64,000 nucleotides of DNA from assembly GCA_022712855.1 (NCBI GenBank), contig JAFLJT010000320.1:3915-67914 (forward strand). Reading direction: 5' to 3'. Numbering within the stretch: the first letter of the stretch is position 1; each line of letters begins with the position of its first letter. Position numbers and translations under genes: made by a program. The notes below the pieces were generated by a model. The model ran no database searches. It had not been told where the DNA came from and worked only from the letters and a program-made list of their open reading frames with translations. This document shows positions 18,519-28,375 of this stretch, piece by piece. Source of the stretch: Pseudodesulfovibrio sp. (GTDB lineage: Bacteria; Desulfobacterota; Desulfovibrionia; Desulfovibrionales; Desulfovibrionaceae).

Positions 18519-19307
18519 ATGAGTTTGATGAAAGCACACCAAAAGAAACACGCCGAAGGCGGCAAGCCCCCAACCAAGATCGGGACCTCCGGCCCCGGTG
18601 GCGCTGGATCCACCACCCGGGCGCAGCTTATGCTGCTGTTGACCGCCGCCCTGTCCGTTAGCTTGTCGGCCCTCAAGGATATTTCCTCGGTGGTTGCAAA
18701 GGTTGCGCACAAGCGGGACGCCCTGCTGGGTCAGTATGCCAAGTATGTCCGCCGCCTCATGGACAAGGGCTGGGAGCACGACTTGCTGCCTTACTACATG
18801 GTCTGGCTGCTCGACGTCGGCATCATGGAACTGGCCCTGGAAATCGGGGACTACTGCCTGGCGAAAGGCATCAAGATGCCCGCCCCGGATTTTGTCCGAA
18901 GCGTCCCCACCATTGTTGCCGATGGCGTGTTCGATTGGGCCGCTGCTGAATTCAAAGCGGACCGCAGCCCGGAACCATATTTTTCAACCGTGTTTGAACG
19001 AGTGACCGAGGCAGGCAAGGACGATCCCTGGCTTATGCCCGACCCGGTCACCGCAAAATATCTCAAATTGATGGGGCAAATTGAGGAGAAGGCAAACAAC
19101 CTCGAAGCCGCCAAGGGCCACTATGAGAAGGCCCTGGAATACGGCGCGACGGTCATAACTGTCTTGAAGAAGATAACCAAAGACCTCGCCACAGCCGCCG
19201 AAGCCGACAAGGCCGAGGCTCCCGGCGATGGTGGCGAACCCAAGGACGATAAGCCCGACGCCCCCAAGGGCGAAGGCACCGACGATCCCAAGGGTTCCGA
19301 CAAGTAA
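18519..19307 (+). CDS. Terminase endonuclease subunit (gpM-like)
   Basis: Position after capsid; MVWLLDVG...AL, AKY.K..G. Confidence 0.8.
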   Translation: MSLMKAHQKKHAEGGKPPTKIGTSGPGGAGSTTRAQLMLLLTAALSVSLSALKDISSVVAKVAHKRDALLGQYAKYVRRLMDKGWEHDLLPYYMVWLLDVGIMELALEIGDYCLAKGIKMPAPDFVRSVPTIVADGVFDWAAAEFKADRSPEPYFSTVFERVTEAGKDDPWLMPDPVTAKYLKLMGQIEEKANNLEAAKGHYEKALEYGATVITVLKKITKDLATAAEADKAEAPGDGGEPKDDKPDAPKGEGTDDPKGSDK

Positions 19308-19393
19308 GCTCCTCCATAAGCCGCTTCCCCCAAGGTCTGTTCGGGCAATAGCCTAGCAACAGACCGACGGGGGAAGCCATCAAAGGACACGAC

Positions 19394-19858
19394 ATGAGCG
19401 GTTTTTCCGGCCACACCAATGAAGACTCTACCACCACCATCACCAACGATGGTTGGTGGCCTGACATGTCCGTTTCCGAGTTTCAAGAAAGCTACCGGAT
19501 GCCCAAGGAATATGCCGAGAAGGTTATGGTTGACGGGTTGGTCCTCGCCATGGCCTGGGCAAACAAGCAGCTTGCCGCCTGGCGCGCCGAACTGGCCGAG
19601 TTCAACTATGCCGACCTGGTCGCGGTGCCATCTTCCGAACTGGGTACCGACTCCCTTCTCGTTATCTACTACCGCCGCGCGGTTTTCAGCCACGCCAAGG
19701 CGTATCTGTTGACACAGTACCCGACCATTAACCGCCGGGAATCTGCCAACAACGAGGCGCGGGAAAGCGAAGAGACTGAAAAGAAATTTATGGAATACGC
19801 CCAGCAGGCCATCGCCGATTTCACAGGCGTGGGCCGGGTTACGGTGGAACTGATATGA
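19394..19858 (+). CDS. Head completion protein (gpL-like)
   Basis: I.NDGWWPD, YRRAVF..AKA, C-terminal VELI. Confidence 0.88.
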   Translation: MSGFSGHTNEDSTTTITNDGWWPDMSVSEFQESYRMPKEYAEKVMVDGLVLAMAWANKQLAAWRAELAEFNYADLVAVPSSELGTDSLLVIYYRRAVFSHAKAYLLTQYPTINRRESANNEARESEETEKKFMEYAQQAIADFTGVGRVTVELI

Positions 19859-20307
19859 GGAAGCTCATAGCTCTGACCGCCGCCCTGAAGGCTGCAGGGG
19901 CTGCCGACGACTCCGTCCATTCGTTTATGGATCGTGGAGTAACCATTCCCTCCGGCAAAGACCTCGGCAATGGTGTCGAGTTGGGCATCCTCAAATATGA
20001 TGCCGTTATCCAAATCGATAACTACCCGGATGATGCCTACCTGCTGCTGGCCTTTGTTGAGGCATGGCTGCAGGAGAACGACCCCGACCGGGAAAATCAG
20101 GGCCTCGCGGATCCCGAGATCGATGTGGACCTGAATAACAAGGGCGATGCCGATGTCCAATTCGGCATTGAGTTCGAGGAATCGCTGCAGATCGTGCCGG
20201 ATCCCGACGGCCCCATCACTTACCAGGGCCAGCCATACAAGGTCGCGGACGTTCCCATCGACGTTGCCGAGAAGCTCGACAAGATGGAAGCCGGCACCGA
20301 TGCCTAG
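19855..20307 (+). CDS. Tail completion protein (gpR-like)
   Basis: Synteny; AWL.ENDPDR...IEF.E. Confidence 0.7.
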   Translation: MRKLIALTAALKAAGAADDSVHSFMDRGVTIPSGKDLGNGVELGILKYDAVIQIDNYPDDAYLLLAFVEAWLQENDPDRENQGLADPEIDVDLNNKGDADVQFGIEFEESLQIVPDPDGPITYQGQPYKVADVPIDVAEKLDKMEAGTDA

Positions 20308-20995
20308 CCCCATGATGCGTCTCGACACCGACCGCACAGGTCGTTTGCGCCTGCATGAGCAGCTCGACATTATTTCGCTCCCCCCTCGCACTCGCCGCAA
20401 CATCACCATGCGGGCGGGGCGCAGTGTCATCAAGGCCACAAAAAAGAATCTTCGCCAGCAGAAAACAATTTATGGGCGCTCCATGGAGGAACGGAGAGGC
20501 GGACGCAAACGCCACAAGCTGCTGCGCCGAATGGGCCGTGGCCTGACTCCGTTCATGCGCGGATCCGACCGCGTGGACGTCACCTGGCGCAACTCTCAAA
20601 CCGCCAAGATTGCCGACCGCCATCAGAATGGGATCCCCGAACAATGGACACCCAGTAAAGCGCGCAAGGTCTACGGCGTGCCGGACTCCAAAAAACCAGC
20701 CACCAGGGACCAGGCCAGATCCTTGAATGCTGCGGGCTACCGCCTGCGTGTTCGCAAAAAAAAAGGCAAAGGCTGCTCTCTCAAACGTGTGCCCATCAAG
20801 TGGATCATGGCGAACCTTTCGCGCGGCCAGGCCGGAATGATTCTGCGCTTGATGCGGGACAACGGACAGAAGGGCCAGCAACGCTGGCAAGTCAAACCCG
20901 CCGCCCGTCCCTTCCTCGGCCCGGAGCCGGGGACCGAACAAGCATTTCTTAACGACATAATCAGAATGACTATGTCCGATATTCGCAACCGTTAA
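20300..20995 (+). CDS. Virion morphogenesis protein (gpS-like)
   Basis: Basic protein, A..HQ.G and PARPFLG-like motif. Confidence 0.75.
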   Translation: MPSPMMRLDTDRTGRLRLHEQLDIISLPPRTRRNITMRAGRSVIKATKKNLRQQKTIYGRSMEERRGGRKRHKLLRRMGRGLTPFMRGSDRVDVTWRNSQTAKIADRHQNGIPEQWTPSKARKVYGVPDSKKPATRDQARSLNAAGYRLRVRKKKGKGCSLKRVPIKWIMANLSRGQAGMILRLMRDNGQKGQQRWQVKPAARPFLGPEPGTEQAFLNDIIRMTMSDIRNR

Positions 20996-21009
20996 ACCAG
21001 GAGTCCAAT

Positions 21010-22128
21010 ATGTCGCTGGGCAAAATTCAAATCAACAAACTCAATCTTTTGCAGGGGAAAATCGAAGACGTCGAGAACTACTTCCTGTTTATCGGGCAAG
21101 GTGCCGGAACCAATGAAGGCACGATCTTGACGGTAAATAACGACACCGATCTGGATGTCGCCCTCGGCTCTGAAGCAAGTAACCTGAAAACGCAGGTAAA
21201 AGCAGCCAGAGCCAATGCCGGGCAGAACTGGAACGCCATGGTGTACCCCCTGGATGGTGTCATCACTTGGAGCGTGGCCGTTGCGGCGGTTATGTTGTTC
21301 TCATCCTGCGAGGCCATCGTCATCACCGACGCCGTGTCCGACGCCGCCGAGATCGAAGCCATGCAGGTTCTGGCCGAGGAAATCATGGGTCAGTACATGC
21401 GCCCTGTTATTTTCATTCCCACCTGCGCGGCCATCGACCCGGCCACCGAATCGTGGAGCGAATTTACAACCAGCCGCAATGCCCTGCTGGCATCCCTGGC
21501 TTGCGACCAGGTGAACCCAGTCATCACCGCCTGGGAAGACGACCAAGGCATATATTGCGGGCGATTGTGCGACAGTTCCGTCACCATCGCCGATTCACCC
21601 ATGCGTACCGCCACCGGTTCGATTGTCGGGATCCGCTCGGTCAAACCTGTAGACAAGGATGATGTAGCGATAGATATGTCCGTCCTGTCCGCCCTGGACG
21701 CCGGGCGCTGGTCTGTCCCCCAGTGGTATCCCGATTATCCGGGCATGTATTTTGGCGATGGAAATGTCCTTGATGTCCCCGGCGGTGACTTCCAGGTCAT
21801 CGAACATCTGCGCGTCATGCACAAGGCCATGCGCAAGGTCTACCCCCTGCTCGTCGGCAAGATCGCCGACCGCAGTTTGAATTCCACTCCGGCTTCCATC
21901 GCTGTTCATAAAACATTCTTTATGCGGCCCCTGCGCGAGATGAGCCACAGCACTAATATACTGGGCCGAGTCTTTCCCGGCGAGATATATCCACCCAAGG
22001 ACGAAAGTATTGTCATCACATGGCCCACCAATAAATCGGTGAAGGTCTATCTCGCGGCCCGGCCATACAACAGCCCCAAGGACATCACCGCTAACCTGTT
22101 GTTGGATCTGTCCAACAGCGTCGAATAG
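21010..22128 (+). CDS. Tail sheath protein (HP1-type)
   Basis: N-terminal INKLNLLQG, TIADSPMR..TG, SVPQWYPDYPG.Y. Confidence 0.88.
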   Translation: MSLGKIQINKLNLLQGKIEDVENYFLFIGQGAGTNEGTILTVNNDTDLDVALGSEASNLKTQVKAARANAGQNWNAMVYPLDGVITWSVAVAAVMLFSSCEAIVITDAVSDAAEIEAMQVLAEEIMGQYMRPVIFIPTCAAIDPATESWSEFTTSRNALLASLACDQVNPVITAWEDDQGIYCGRLCDSSVTIADSPMRTATGSIVGIRSVKPVDKDDVAIDMSVLSALDAGRWSVPQWYPDYPGMYFGDGNVLDVPGGDFQVIEHLRVMHKAMRKVYPLLVGKIADRSLNSTPASIAVHKTFFMRPLREMSHSTNILGRVFPGEIYPPKDESIVITWPTNKSVKVYLAARPYNSPKDITANLLLDLSNSVE

Positions 22129-22137
22129 GAGAGCCCC

Positions 22138-22584
22138 ATGCGTATCAGCGGAAAAAGTTTCGATATTTTCATCGGCGACATGCTTGTCCATGTTGACAAA
22201 GCCACCGTGGAAATCACGGACAACAGCAGCGTAGCCAAGAACCGGGGCGTCCCTAATGGCCGAGTTCTCGGCGACGTGGAAGCCTCCGGCTCCATGGAAA
22301 TGGACGCAGCCGCCTTCGGCCTCATCTCCGAGGTTGCCAAAAAAGCGGGCAGCTTCCGGGGCATGCCGACCTTCGATTTATTGTTCCATGCCGAGGGCAC
22401 CACGGAATCCAAACAGGTGGAAGCCTTCGGATGTGCCTTCAAGATCGACAGCCTCCTGGATGTCGATGCCAACGGCAGCGACAAGGATGTCACCAAGCTG
22501 GCCTTTGATGTGACCAGCCCGGATTTCATCAAGATCAACGGCGTGCCGTACTTGTCCGAATCCGAAACCAAAGACCTGATCTAG
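22138..22584 (+). CDS. Tail tube protein (HP1-type)
   Basis: RISG.SFD, GVPNG.V.GDV.A, VTSPDFI.INGVPYL. Confidence 0.88.
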   Translation: MRISGKSFDIFIGDMLVHVDKATVEITDNSSVAKNRGVPNGRVLGDVEASGSMEMDAAAFGLISEVAKKAGSFRGMPTFDLLFHAEGTTESKQVEAFGCAFKIDSLLDVDANGSDKDVTKLAFDVTSPDFIKINGVPYLSESETKDLI

Positions 22585-22594
22585 GAGCAACGGC

Positions 22595-22795
22595 ATGGGT
22601 GACTTCTGCGACACTGCAACCGACCTGGAACGCCTGGCGCGGGAGACGGCCATAGCCAATGCCGGATTGAAAAACACCAACGAGCCCAGCCGGGGGACGT
22701 GCGTCGAATGCGGCCGCGTCATCCCGGAGGCCCGTCAAAAAGCCATCCCCGGCGTGACCTTGTGCGTCGAGTGTCAAGCCGGATCGGAGGAATGA
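22595..22795 (+). CDS. TraR/DksA C4-type Zn-finger protein
   Basis: CVECG..IPEAR..AIPGV.LCVECQ. Confidence 0.9.
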   Translation: MGDFCDTATDLERLARETAIANAGLKNTNEPSRGTCVECGRVIPEARQKAIPGVTLCVECQAGSEE

Positions 22796-23211
22796 TGATC
22801 CAGAAAGCTGAACTTATTCGTTTGGAGAAGTCCGACGATGGAACCTTCGGCGTCCTGAAAGTGGACGGCCATGTCTACTGTGTCACCCTGGAACCGGAGG
22901 ATAAGGACAACGCGCAAGACGTCTCCTGCATCCCCGAAGGGACCTATAGCTGCAAGCGCGTGAATTCTCCCCGCTATGGCAACACTTTCGAGATCACCAA
23001 CGTGCCGGGCCGATCGCACATTTTGCTCCACCCCGGCAACGTGGAAGAAGACACACACGGATGCGTGATACTCGGCAAACATTTTGGATTCCTGCGCAAC
23101 AAGCGGGCCGTCCTCAACTCCGGCGCGACATACAAAGCCTTCTTGATCGGTACAGCTGACCAGGACGAATTCCCCATTGTTATTTCCGATGCTTCGGGAG
23201 GCGTGTCATGA
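22792..23211 (+). CDS. DUF5675-like protein, probable endolysin
   Basis: GTFG.L...TLE...SCIPEG.Y...VPGRS.IL.H.GN..DT.GC; adjacent to holin-like gene. Confidence 0.7.
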   Translation: MMIQKAELIRLEKSDDGTFGVLKVDGHVYCVTLEPEDKDNAQDVSCIPEGTYSCKRVNSPRYGNTFEITNVPGRSHILLHPGNVEEDTHGCVILGKHFGFLRNKRAVLNSGATYKAFLIGTADQDEFPIVISDASGGVS

Positions 23212-23744
23212 GCATAGTCAGCGCTATCAGCGGATTTTTCGGAGGCGAAGGCGGCATCGTCGGAACCATTGCCGACACCGTGAAAGCATACTTTCCCCCA
23301 TCCATGAGCGACGCGGAGAAGTCCGTGCTTACCGCGCAGATCCAGAAGGCTGAGTTCGAGCAGGAACGCGCCATCATGAAGCTGGCCGTCGAGGCTGACA
23401 AGGATGTCACCCGACGTGCTGCGCAACTGGAAGGCACGGCCAAAGATTTGAAAGGTATCCCGATCGTTGGGCCGCTCATCATCTTCGTACGTGGCTGCCT
23501 GCGCCCGGCCTTCGGCGTCTTAACCCTCTTCACAGATTGGCAGATATTTTGCGGATCATGGAAGGTCATCATGACCACCACCGACGGCAGCTATACCGCC
23601 GAGGGGGCGCTCATACTGGCGCTGAATATCCTCGTGCTTGGTTTCCTGTTTGGGGAACGCACGGTCAAGAACCTCATGCCCTTGTTTACGCAGTTCATGC
23701 AGGCCAGGGGCTTCACAATCAACAAGCGGCAGGACAAGGACTAA
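23208..23744 (+). CDS. Holin-like membrane protein
   Basis: Hydrophobic segments, RP motif, GFLFGERT..K. Confidence 0.6.
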   Translation: MSIVSAISGFFGGEGGIVGTIADTVKAYFPPSMSDAEKSVLTAQIQKAEFEQERAIMKLAVEADKDVTRRAAQLEGTAKDLKGIPIVGPLIIFVRGCLRPAFGVLTLFTDWQIFCGSWKVIMTTTDGSYTAEGALILALNILVLGFLFGERTVKNLMPLFTQFMQARGFTINKRQDKD

Positions 23745-23965
23745 TGGAAAAACTGACCGAGACATTGAGCAAATATGGGGTGTGGCTTTTGACCATCCTC
23801 GTTGCGTGGAATGTCTACCTGCACCAACAGAATTTGAACTTCAACGAATCGTTGCACGAGTTCAAGTTGAAGGTCGCCTGCGAATACATTTCAAAACCGG
23901 ACCTGAAGGACATGCTCAACACGCTGGAAGACAATCTTGTTCAGCGCATTGAGAGCTTAAAATAA
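23744..23965 (+). CDS. Small membrane-anchored protein in the lysis region
   Basis: One TM segment plus coiled coil; TAATG coupling. Confidence 0.55.
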   Translation: MEKLTETLSKYGVWLLTILVAWNVYLHQQNLNFNESLHEFKLKVACEYISKPDLKDMLNTLEDNLVQRIESLK

Positions 23966-23986
23966 ACAAACTCTGGAGGAGCAACC

Positions 23987-24268
23987 ATGGAAAAAACAAT
24001 AGTCCTGACACTCAATGATGAAGACATCACCTTCCACATGACCGGGGACCATCACGCGGCATACCTCAACGAATTTATGCCCAACAATAAGGTGGCCCCT
24101 GCCCATAACCTGTTGATGCGGGCCGTGGATCCTGCGGACAAGGACACTTTGAAAAAGTTCCTCGAACTCAAAACCATCGCCATGCCGCTCGTCGAAGCGT
24201 TGGTTTCCGAATTTACGCCGGACATCACCATTATGGTGGGAAAGTCGAAGAAGCCGCCGAAAGAATAG
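23987..24268 (+). CDS. Tail assembly chaperone
   Basis: Y.NE..PNNKVAPAHN.L; upstream of tape measure. Confidence 0.8.
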   Translation: MEKTIVLTLNDEDITFHMTGDHHAAYLNEFMPNNKVAPAHNLLMRAVDPADKDTLKKFLELKTIAMPLVEALVSEFTPDITIMVGKSKKPPKE

Positions 24269-24432
24269 GCGGCAGCGCTCTGGCTCAACTCCAGGCCATG
24301 CACAACAAATGGTTTTGGGCACGGCCAATGGACGAACAGAGCATGGGTGAAGCCCTATTCCTTGAAAAAGACTACTGGGAAAAGATGGGCGCAGCCGTAG
24401 TCAATGGCATCGGCAAGGCATTTAAAGGATAA
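24238..24432 (+). CDS. -1 frameshift extension of the tail chaperone (G-GGA-AAG)
   Basis: Slippery GGGAAAG at 24238-24244 in phase; -1 frame open to TAA at 24432 (…EALFLEKDYWEKMGAAVVNGIGKAFKG). Confidence 0.75.
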   Translation, partial: GKVEEAAERIGGSALAQLQAMHNKWFWARPMDEQSMGEALFLEKDYWEKMGAAVVNGIGKAFKG

Positions 24433-24480
24433 ACAGAGCCCCGGAACGGGGAACCGAACCGGGGCTTATAAAGGTACAGA

Positions 24481-26250
24481 ATGAGCGCGAAACTACAAAA
24501 ACTGACTTTCTCCGTGGGCCTGTTGGATCGCGTGTCCAAGACCGCTCGGAATATTCAGAAGGTCATGGGCGGGATGGCTTCATCCTCCCAGGCCGCGTTC
24601 ACCCAGATCGGGACCGGAGCCGCTGGCATGGCTGGTGCCGGGTTCGGGCTGTATAAGTTCATCAACCCGGCGGAACAAATGCGCCAGGCATTGGGCGAAG
24701 TCAGCAGCCTGGACGTTGATGCGGACACCATAAAGGAGCTGACCAACAAGGCGCTGCTTTACTCCATCAAATATGGCCGAGCGGCGGACGGATTTGTCCG
24801 CTCCTCCTATGACATTCAATCCTCAATCAGTGGCCTGCAGGGCATGGAACTCGCCGCGTTCACCAACGTCGGCAACGTCCTCGCTGTTGGTGGTAAGTCC
24901 GACGCGGGGACGATGACCAACTACATGGGAACCATGTATGGCATCTTCAAAAACCATGCTGAAAAAATGGGCAAGGTCCAGTGGGTTGAGCAGCTGGCTG
25001 GACAGACCGCAACCGCCATTCAAATGTTCAAGACGGATGGCGCAAAGTGGGCCGGGGGTTGGACCGCCCTGGGAGCAAACGCCGAAGCCGCCGGGATAAA
25101 AATTTCAGAGCAGATGGCCGTGCTGGGAACGCTGCAATCAACCATGTCCGGCAGCGAAGCCGGAACAAAATACAAATCTTTCCTGGCTGGAGCGGGCCGC
25201 GCGCAAGACAAACTCAATCTTTCCTTTGTTGATTCCGAAGGAAACATGCTCGGCATGTTGGATATCCTGGGCAAGCTGAAGGGCAAGTTCGGCGACACAT
25301 TGAACCTGGCCGAGTCCGATGCCCTGAAGGAAGCCTTCGGATCCGATGAAGCCGTCTCGCTCATCAAGCTCTTGATGTCCGATACCATGGGACTCGCCGA
25401 GTCCATGGACAAGCTGGGCAAAGTCACAGGCATGGAGAAGGCCGCGCAAATGGCAGCCCACATGGTCACCCCCCTGCAGCGGGTTGGCGAAGGCATCAAG
25501 GCCGTGGCTATTGGCTTCGGCATGGCCCTGAATCCGGCGCTGGATCCATTCATCAACGGCATGGCGGATGCGGCTGCAGGCGTCACACAATTTTCCATGG
25601 ACTTCCCGAACATCACCAAGTGGATCGGGTACGGCGTCCTGTCCGTCCTCGGCCTTACCGCCGCCATGGGCGGCCTTGCCATGATCGTTGGCGTTGTCCG
25701 CCTCGCCACCATCGGATGGGGCATGGTTACGATGGTCGCCACAGGCATCGCCAATGCTGCGTCGTTCACGCTCGGAATTTTCAAGGCCGTCATGTGGGGA
25801 GTCAATGCGGCCATGTTCGCCAATCCCATCGGCCTGGTCATTCTCGGAATCACCGCCCTGGTCGGCGCAGTCGGTGCCGCCATCTATTGGTGGGACGACC
25901 TGAAGGCAGCCTTCCTGGACACGTCCTGGGGTAAATCCATCATGTCGGTCATTGAATGGGTGACAGGCGGAATCAGCGGTCTGTTCGACACCCTCGGATG
26001 GGTTGCTAACGGCATAGGATCGGTCATGGATATGGTGGGTCTAAGCTCCACTCCTTCTGCCCCTGCATCCTCGCCGTCTCTTGATGCGGCCAAGCAGGTT
26101 GCCGTCGCACCCGGAGGCGTGACCAACCACATAGCCAAGACTGTGGCGTCCAACAGCAGCAACCAGCGGACCATCGGCACGCAAGAGATCCACGTCAACA
26201 CACCTGTTGATGCCCAAACCCTGCGCGAACTGAATTGGCTGGAGGCATAG
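24481..26250 (+). CDS. Tail tape measure protein
   Basis: TP901-type core (SGSEAGT.YK.FL), NAAM.ANPIG. Confidence 0.92.
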   Translation: MSAKLQKLTFSVGLLDRVSKTARNIQKVMGGMASSSQAAFTQIGTGAAGMAGAGFGLYKFINPAEQMRQALGEVSSLDVDADTIKELTNKALLYSIKYGRAADGFVRSSYDIQSSISGLQGMELAAFTNVGNVLAVGGKSDAGTMTNYMGTMYGIFKNHAEKMGKVQWVEQLAGQTATAIQMFKTDGAKWAGGWTALGANAEAAGIKISEQMAVLGTLQSTMSGSEAGTKYKSFLAGAGRAQDKLNLSFVDSEGNMLGMLDILGKLKGKFGDTLNLAESDALKEAFGSDEAVSLIKLLMSDTMGLAESMDKLGKVTGMEKAAQMAAHMVTPLQRVGEGIKAVAIGFGMALNPALDPFINGMADAAAGVTQFSMDFPNITKWIGYGVLSVLGLTAAMGGLAMIVGVVRLATIGWGMVTMVATGIANAASFTLGIFKAVMWGVNAAMFANPIGLVILGITALVGAVGAAIYWWDDLKAAFLDTSWGKSIMSVIEWVTGGISGLFDTLGWVANGIGSVMDMVGLSSTPSAPASSPSLDAAKQVAVAPGGVTNHIAKTVASNSSNQRTIGTQEIHVNTPVDAQTLRELNWLEA

Positions 26251-26253
26251 ATC

Positions 26254-26586
26254 ATGGCCGGAGAACAATATTTCGACCTCCTCATAACCGACGACGACAT
26301 CACCCTCGACGTGGGCGGGATCCCGGAGCGATGCTTCGACCGGAATTCCATCGCCCAGGACCTTGTTCACATGATCCGGGAAACCGGGCTGCTCGTGGAG
26401 CTGATAGGCAATCGCAACGAACGAAAAAAGGCCGAGAATCTGGTCAAGCTGACCATGGCCGTGGATGACGACGTGCGGATCGTCCCCGGATCCTGCGAGA
26501 TCACCGAAGTGGAGCTGGGCGTCTTTTACCTTGTGGCTGACACCGTCGAATTCGGCCCGATTGAATATAAGCTGGAGGCTAAATGA
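26254..26586 (+). CDS. Baseplate wedge-like protein (HP1-type)
   Basis: DLLI..DD..LD...SIAQD..H.IRE.GL. Confidence 0.75.
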   Translation: MAGEQYFDLLITDDDITLDVGGIPERCFDRNSIAQDLVHMIRETGLLVELIGNRNERKKAENLVKLTMAVDDDVRIVPGSCEITEVELGVFYLVADTVEFGPIEYKLEAK

Positions 26587-27755
26587 GCCAGGAACTTTTC
26601 GAGGAGATGCTGGTCGAAGCTGGCGTTCCTATCACTGAAACAGAGATGGCCGCACGCTGGAAACAGATCAACGAGGATGAGGGCAGCCTCATCACCAACG
26701 ATTCCGCGTGGAGTCCCTTCTGGAAGCTCATCACGGCCATCGTTACCAAGCCATGCAAGCAGCTCGTCTCTCTGCTCGTTAACAAGGCCCTGCCCAATCT
26801 TTTCCTGAAGTATGCAACGGGAACCTGGCTCGACGTCTATGCCGAAGGTGTAGACCTCACACGCAAGGCCGACGCCATGGCCGAGGGGACTCTCCCCTTC
26901 ACCCGCGAGACGTCTGCGGGGGAATTAACCATCCCCGCCGGGACTATCATCGAAAGCCCCACCCTGGACGGCTACATTTACCGCGTGGTTGTCCTGCAGG
27001 ACACCGTCTGCCCGGATGGCACTCTGGCCTTCACGGCCCAGGTCGAAGCCGAGCAGGCCGGATCCTCATACAATCTCGGCCCTGGATACTATTCTATCCT
27101 TGCCGCCCCCATCCCCGGTATCGCTTCTGTTGCCAATGCAGCCGATTGGTTGACGACCCCAGGGGCCGATGAGGAAACAAACGAAGCTCTGCGCCTACGC
27201 TGCCGCAATCAATTCTCTGCCGTGGGACAATACCACCATGATGCCGCCTATAAGGCCGTCATTGCCGGATACGCGGGGATCCGCACGGACTACCTGTATT
27301 TTCAGCATGACGCCCCGCGCGGGCCTGGCTCCGCTAACTGTTATATTATTTTGGAAACAGGCGCGCCGCCGCAAGAGTTCGGGGACAACATCAACACCCA
27401 TGTGCGCGACTCCGGCAACCACGGCCACGGCGATGATATGATCTGCTATCCCATGCCGGAAACCTCCTATGCCCTCGGCATCACCGTCTACCCGGTGGAC
27501 AATCTCGACGCCGACAAACTGGCCGCCCTGCTGCTGGGTGTCGAGGACATGATCCGATGTGCATTCCGCGAAAATACGGCCTTCACCATGAACAAGACCT
27601 GGCCGCATAGCCGCTTTTCCCTGTCGCAGCTCGACAAGGATCTGCACGCCAATCTGCCGGACCTTCTTTCTGTTGAATTCGACCGAACCACCGACCTTGT
27701 TTCGACCATGGACCTGCCTATTCTCGAAACCCTGACCGTTCAAGCGGGTGCCTAA
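26583..27755 (+). CDS. Baseplate J-like protein
   Basis: TPGADEE....LR.R.RNQF, APRGPG. Confidence 0.88.
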   Translation: MSQELFEEMLVEAGVPITETEMAARWKQINEDEGSLITNDSAWSPFWKLITAIVTKPCKQLVSLLVNKALPNLFLKYATGTWLDVYAEGVDLTRKADAMAEGTLPFTRETSAGELTIPAGTIIESPTLDGYIYRVVVLQDTVCPDGTLAFTAQVEAEQAGSSYNLGPGYYSILAAPIPGIASVANAADWLTTPGADEETNEALRLRCRNQFSAVGQYHHDAAYKAVIAGYAGIRTDYLYFQHDAPRGPGSANCYIILETGAPPQEFGDNINTHVRDSGNHGHGDDMICYPMPETSYALGITVYPVDNLDADKLAALLLGVEDMIRCAFRENTAFTMNKTWPHSRFSLSQLDKDLHANLPDLLSVEFDRTTDLVSTMDLPILETLTVQAGA

Positions 27756-28366
27756 TGGCCCACGAACAGACCACACCCGACATAACCCTGCCATTCTGGA
27801 TGGCCGGGCCGGAGCTGACCAAGCTCGCCAGGGCAGCGCAGACATGGTTCTCGCTCCTCATGGGCTGGGCCATATGGCCTGCGCAACAGATGGACCCGGA
27901 AACATGCACCGAGCTGGTGCTGAACCTCATAGCCTGGCAGCGGGACATAACCCGCTTTGAGGGCGAACCGCTGGCCTTGTATCGCCTGCGCGTCAAATAC
28001 GCATACGCCAACGCCACGGACGCGGGATCCGTGGCCGGGTTCAAGCGCATATTTCAACGGCTGGGCGTGGGGTATCTCGAAACAGAAGAGAGGATGCCTG
28101 GCCGGGATTGGGACATCATAGCCCTGTATCTTTCCGACTCGCAGCTGGGTGATAATCAGGACCTGCTGCAGGTACTCATCCAACACTATGGACGGACGTG
28201 CCGAAGATATGAATGGACCATTATATCACCGTTGCCCATCACCATGAGGATAGAAACCTTTGACAACGATTCACAAACCATATGCGCGACCGTGCCTCCG
28301 TTGACCATCGGGCCGCGCTTTGAAGAATTCAACCACGACTCTGCGGTTATATCCGCCAAGCTGTAA
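27755..28366 (+). CDS. Tail/baseplate protein (gpI-like)
   Basis: AWQRDI.RF.GEP..LYR.RVK.A, YGRTCRRY. Confidence 0.8.
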   Translation: MAHEQTTPDITLPFWMAGPELTKLARAAQTWFSLLMGWAIWPAQQMDPETCTELVLNLIAWQRDITRFEGEPLALYRLRVKYAYANATDAGSVAGFKRIFQRLGVGYLETEERMPGRDWDIIALYLSDSQLGDNQDLLQVLIQHYGRTCRRYEWTIISPLPITMRIETFDNDSQTICATVPPLTIGPRFEEFNHDSAVISAKL

Positions 28367-28375
28367 GGAGCCACT

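Noticed and set aside
16877-18712. 611-aa minus-strand ORF
   Set aside because: Antisense shadow of the scaffold and capsid genes with no recognisable motifs.
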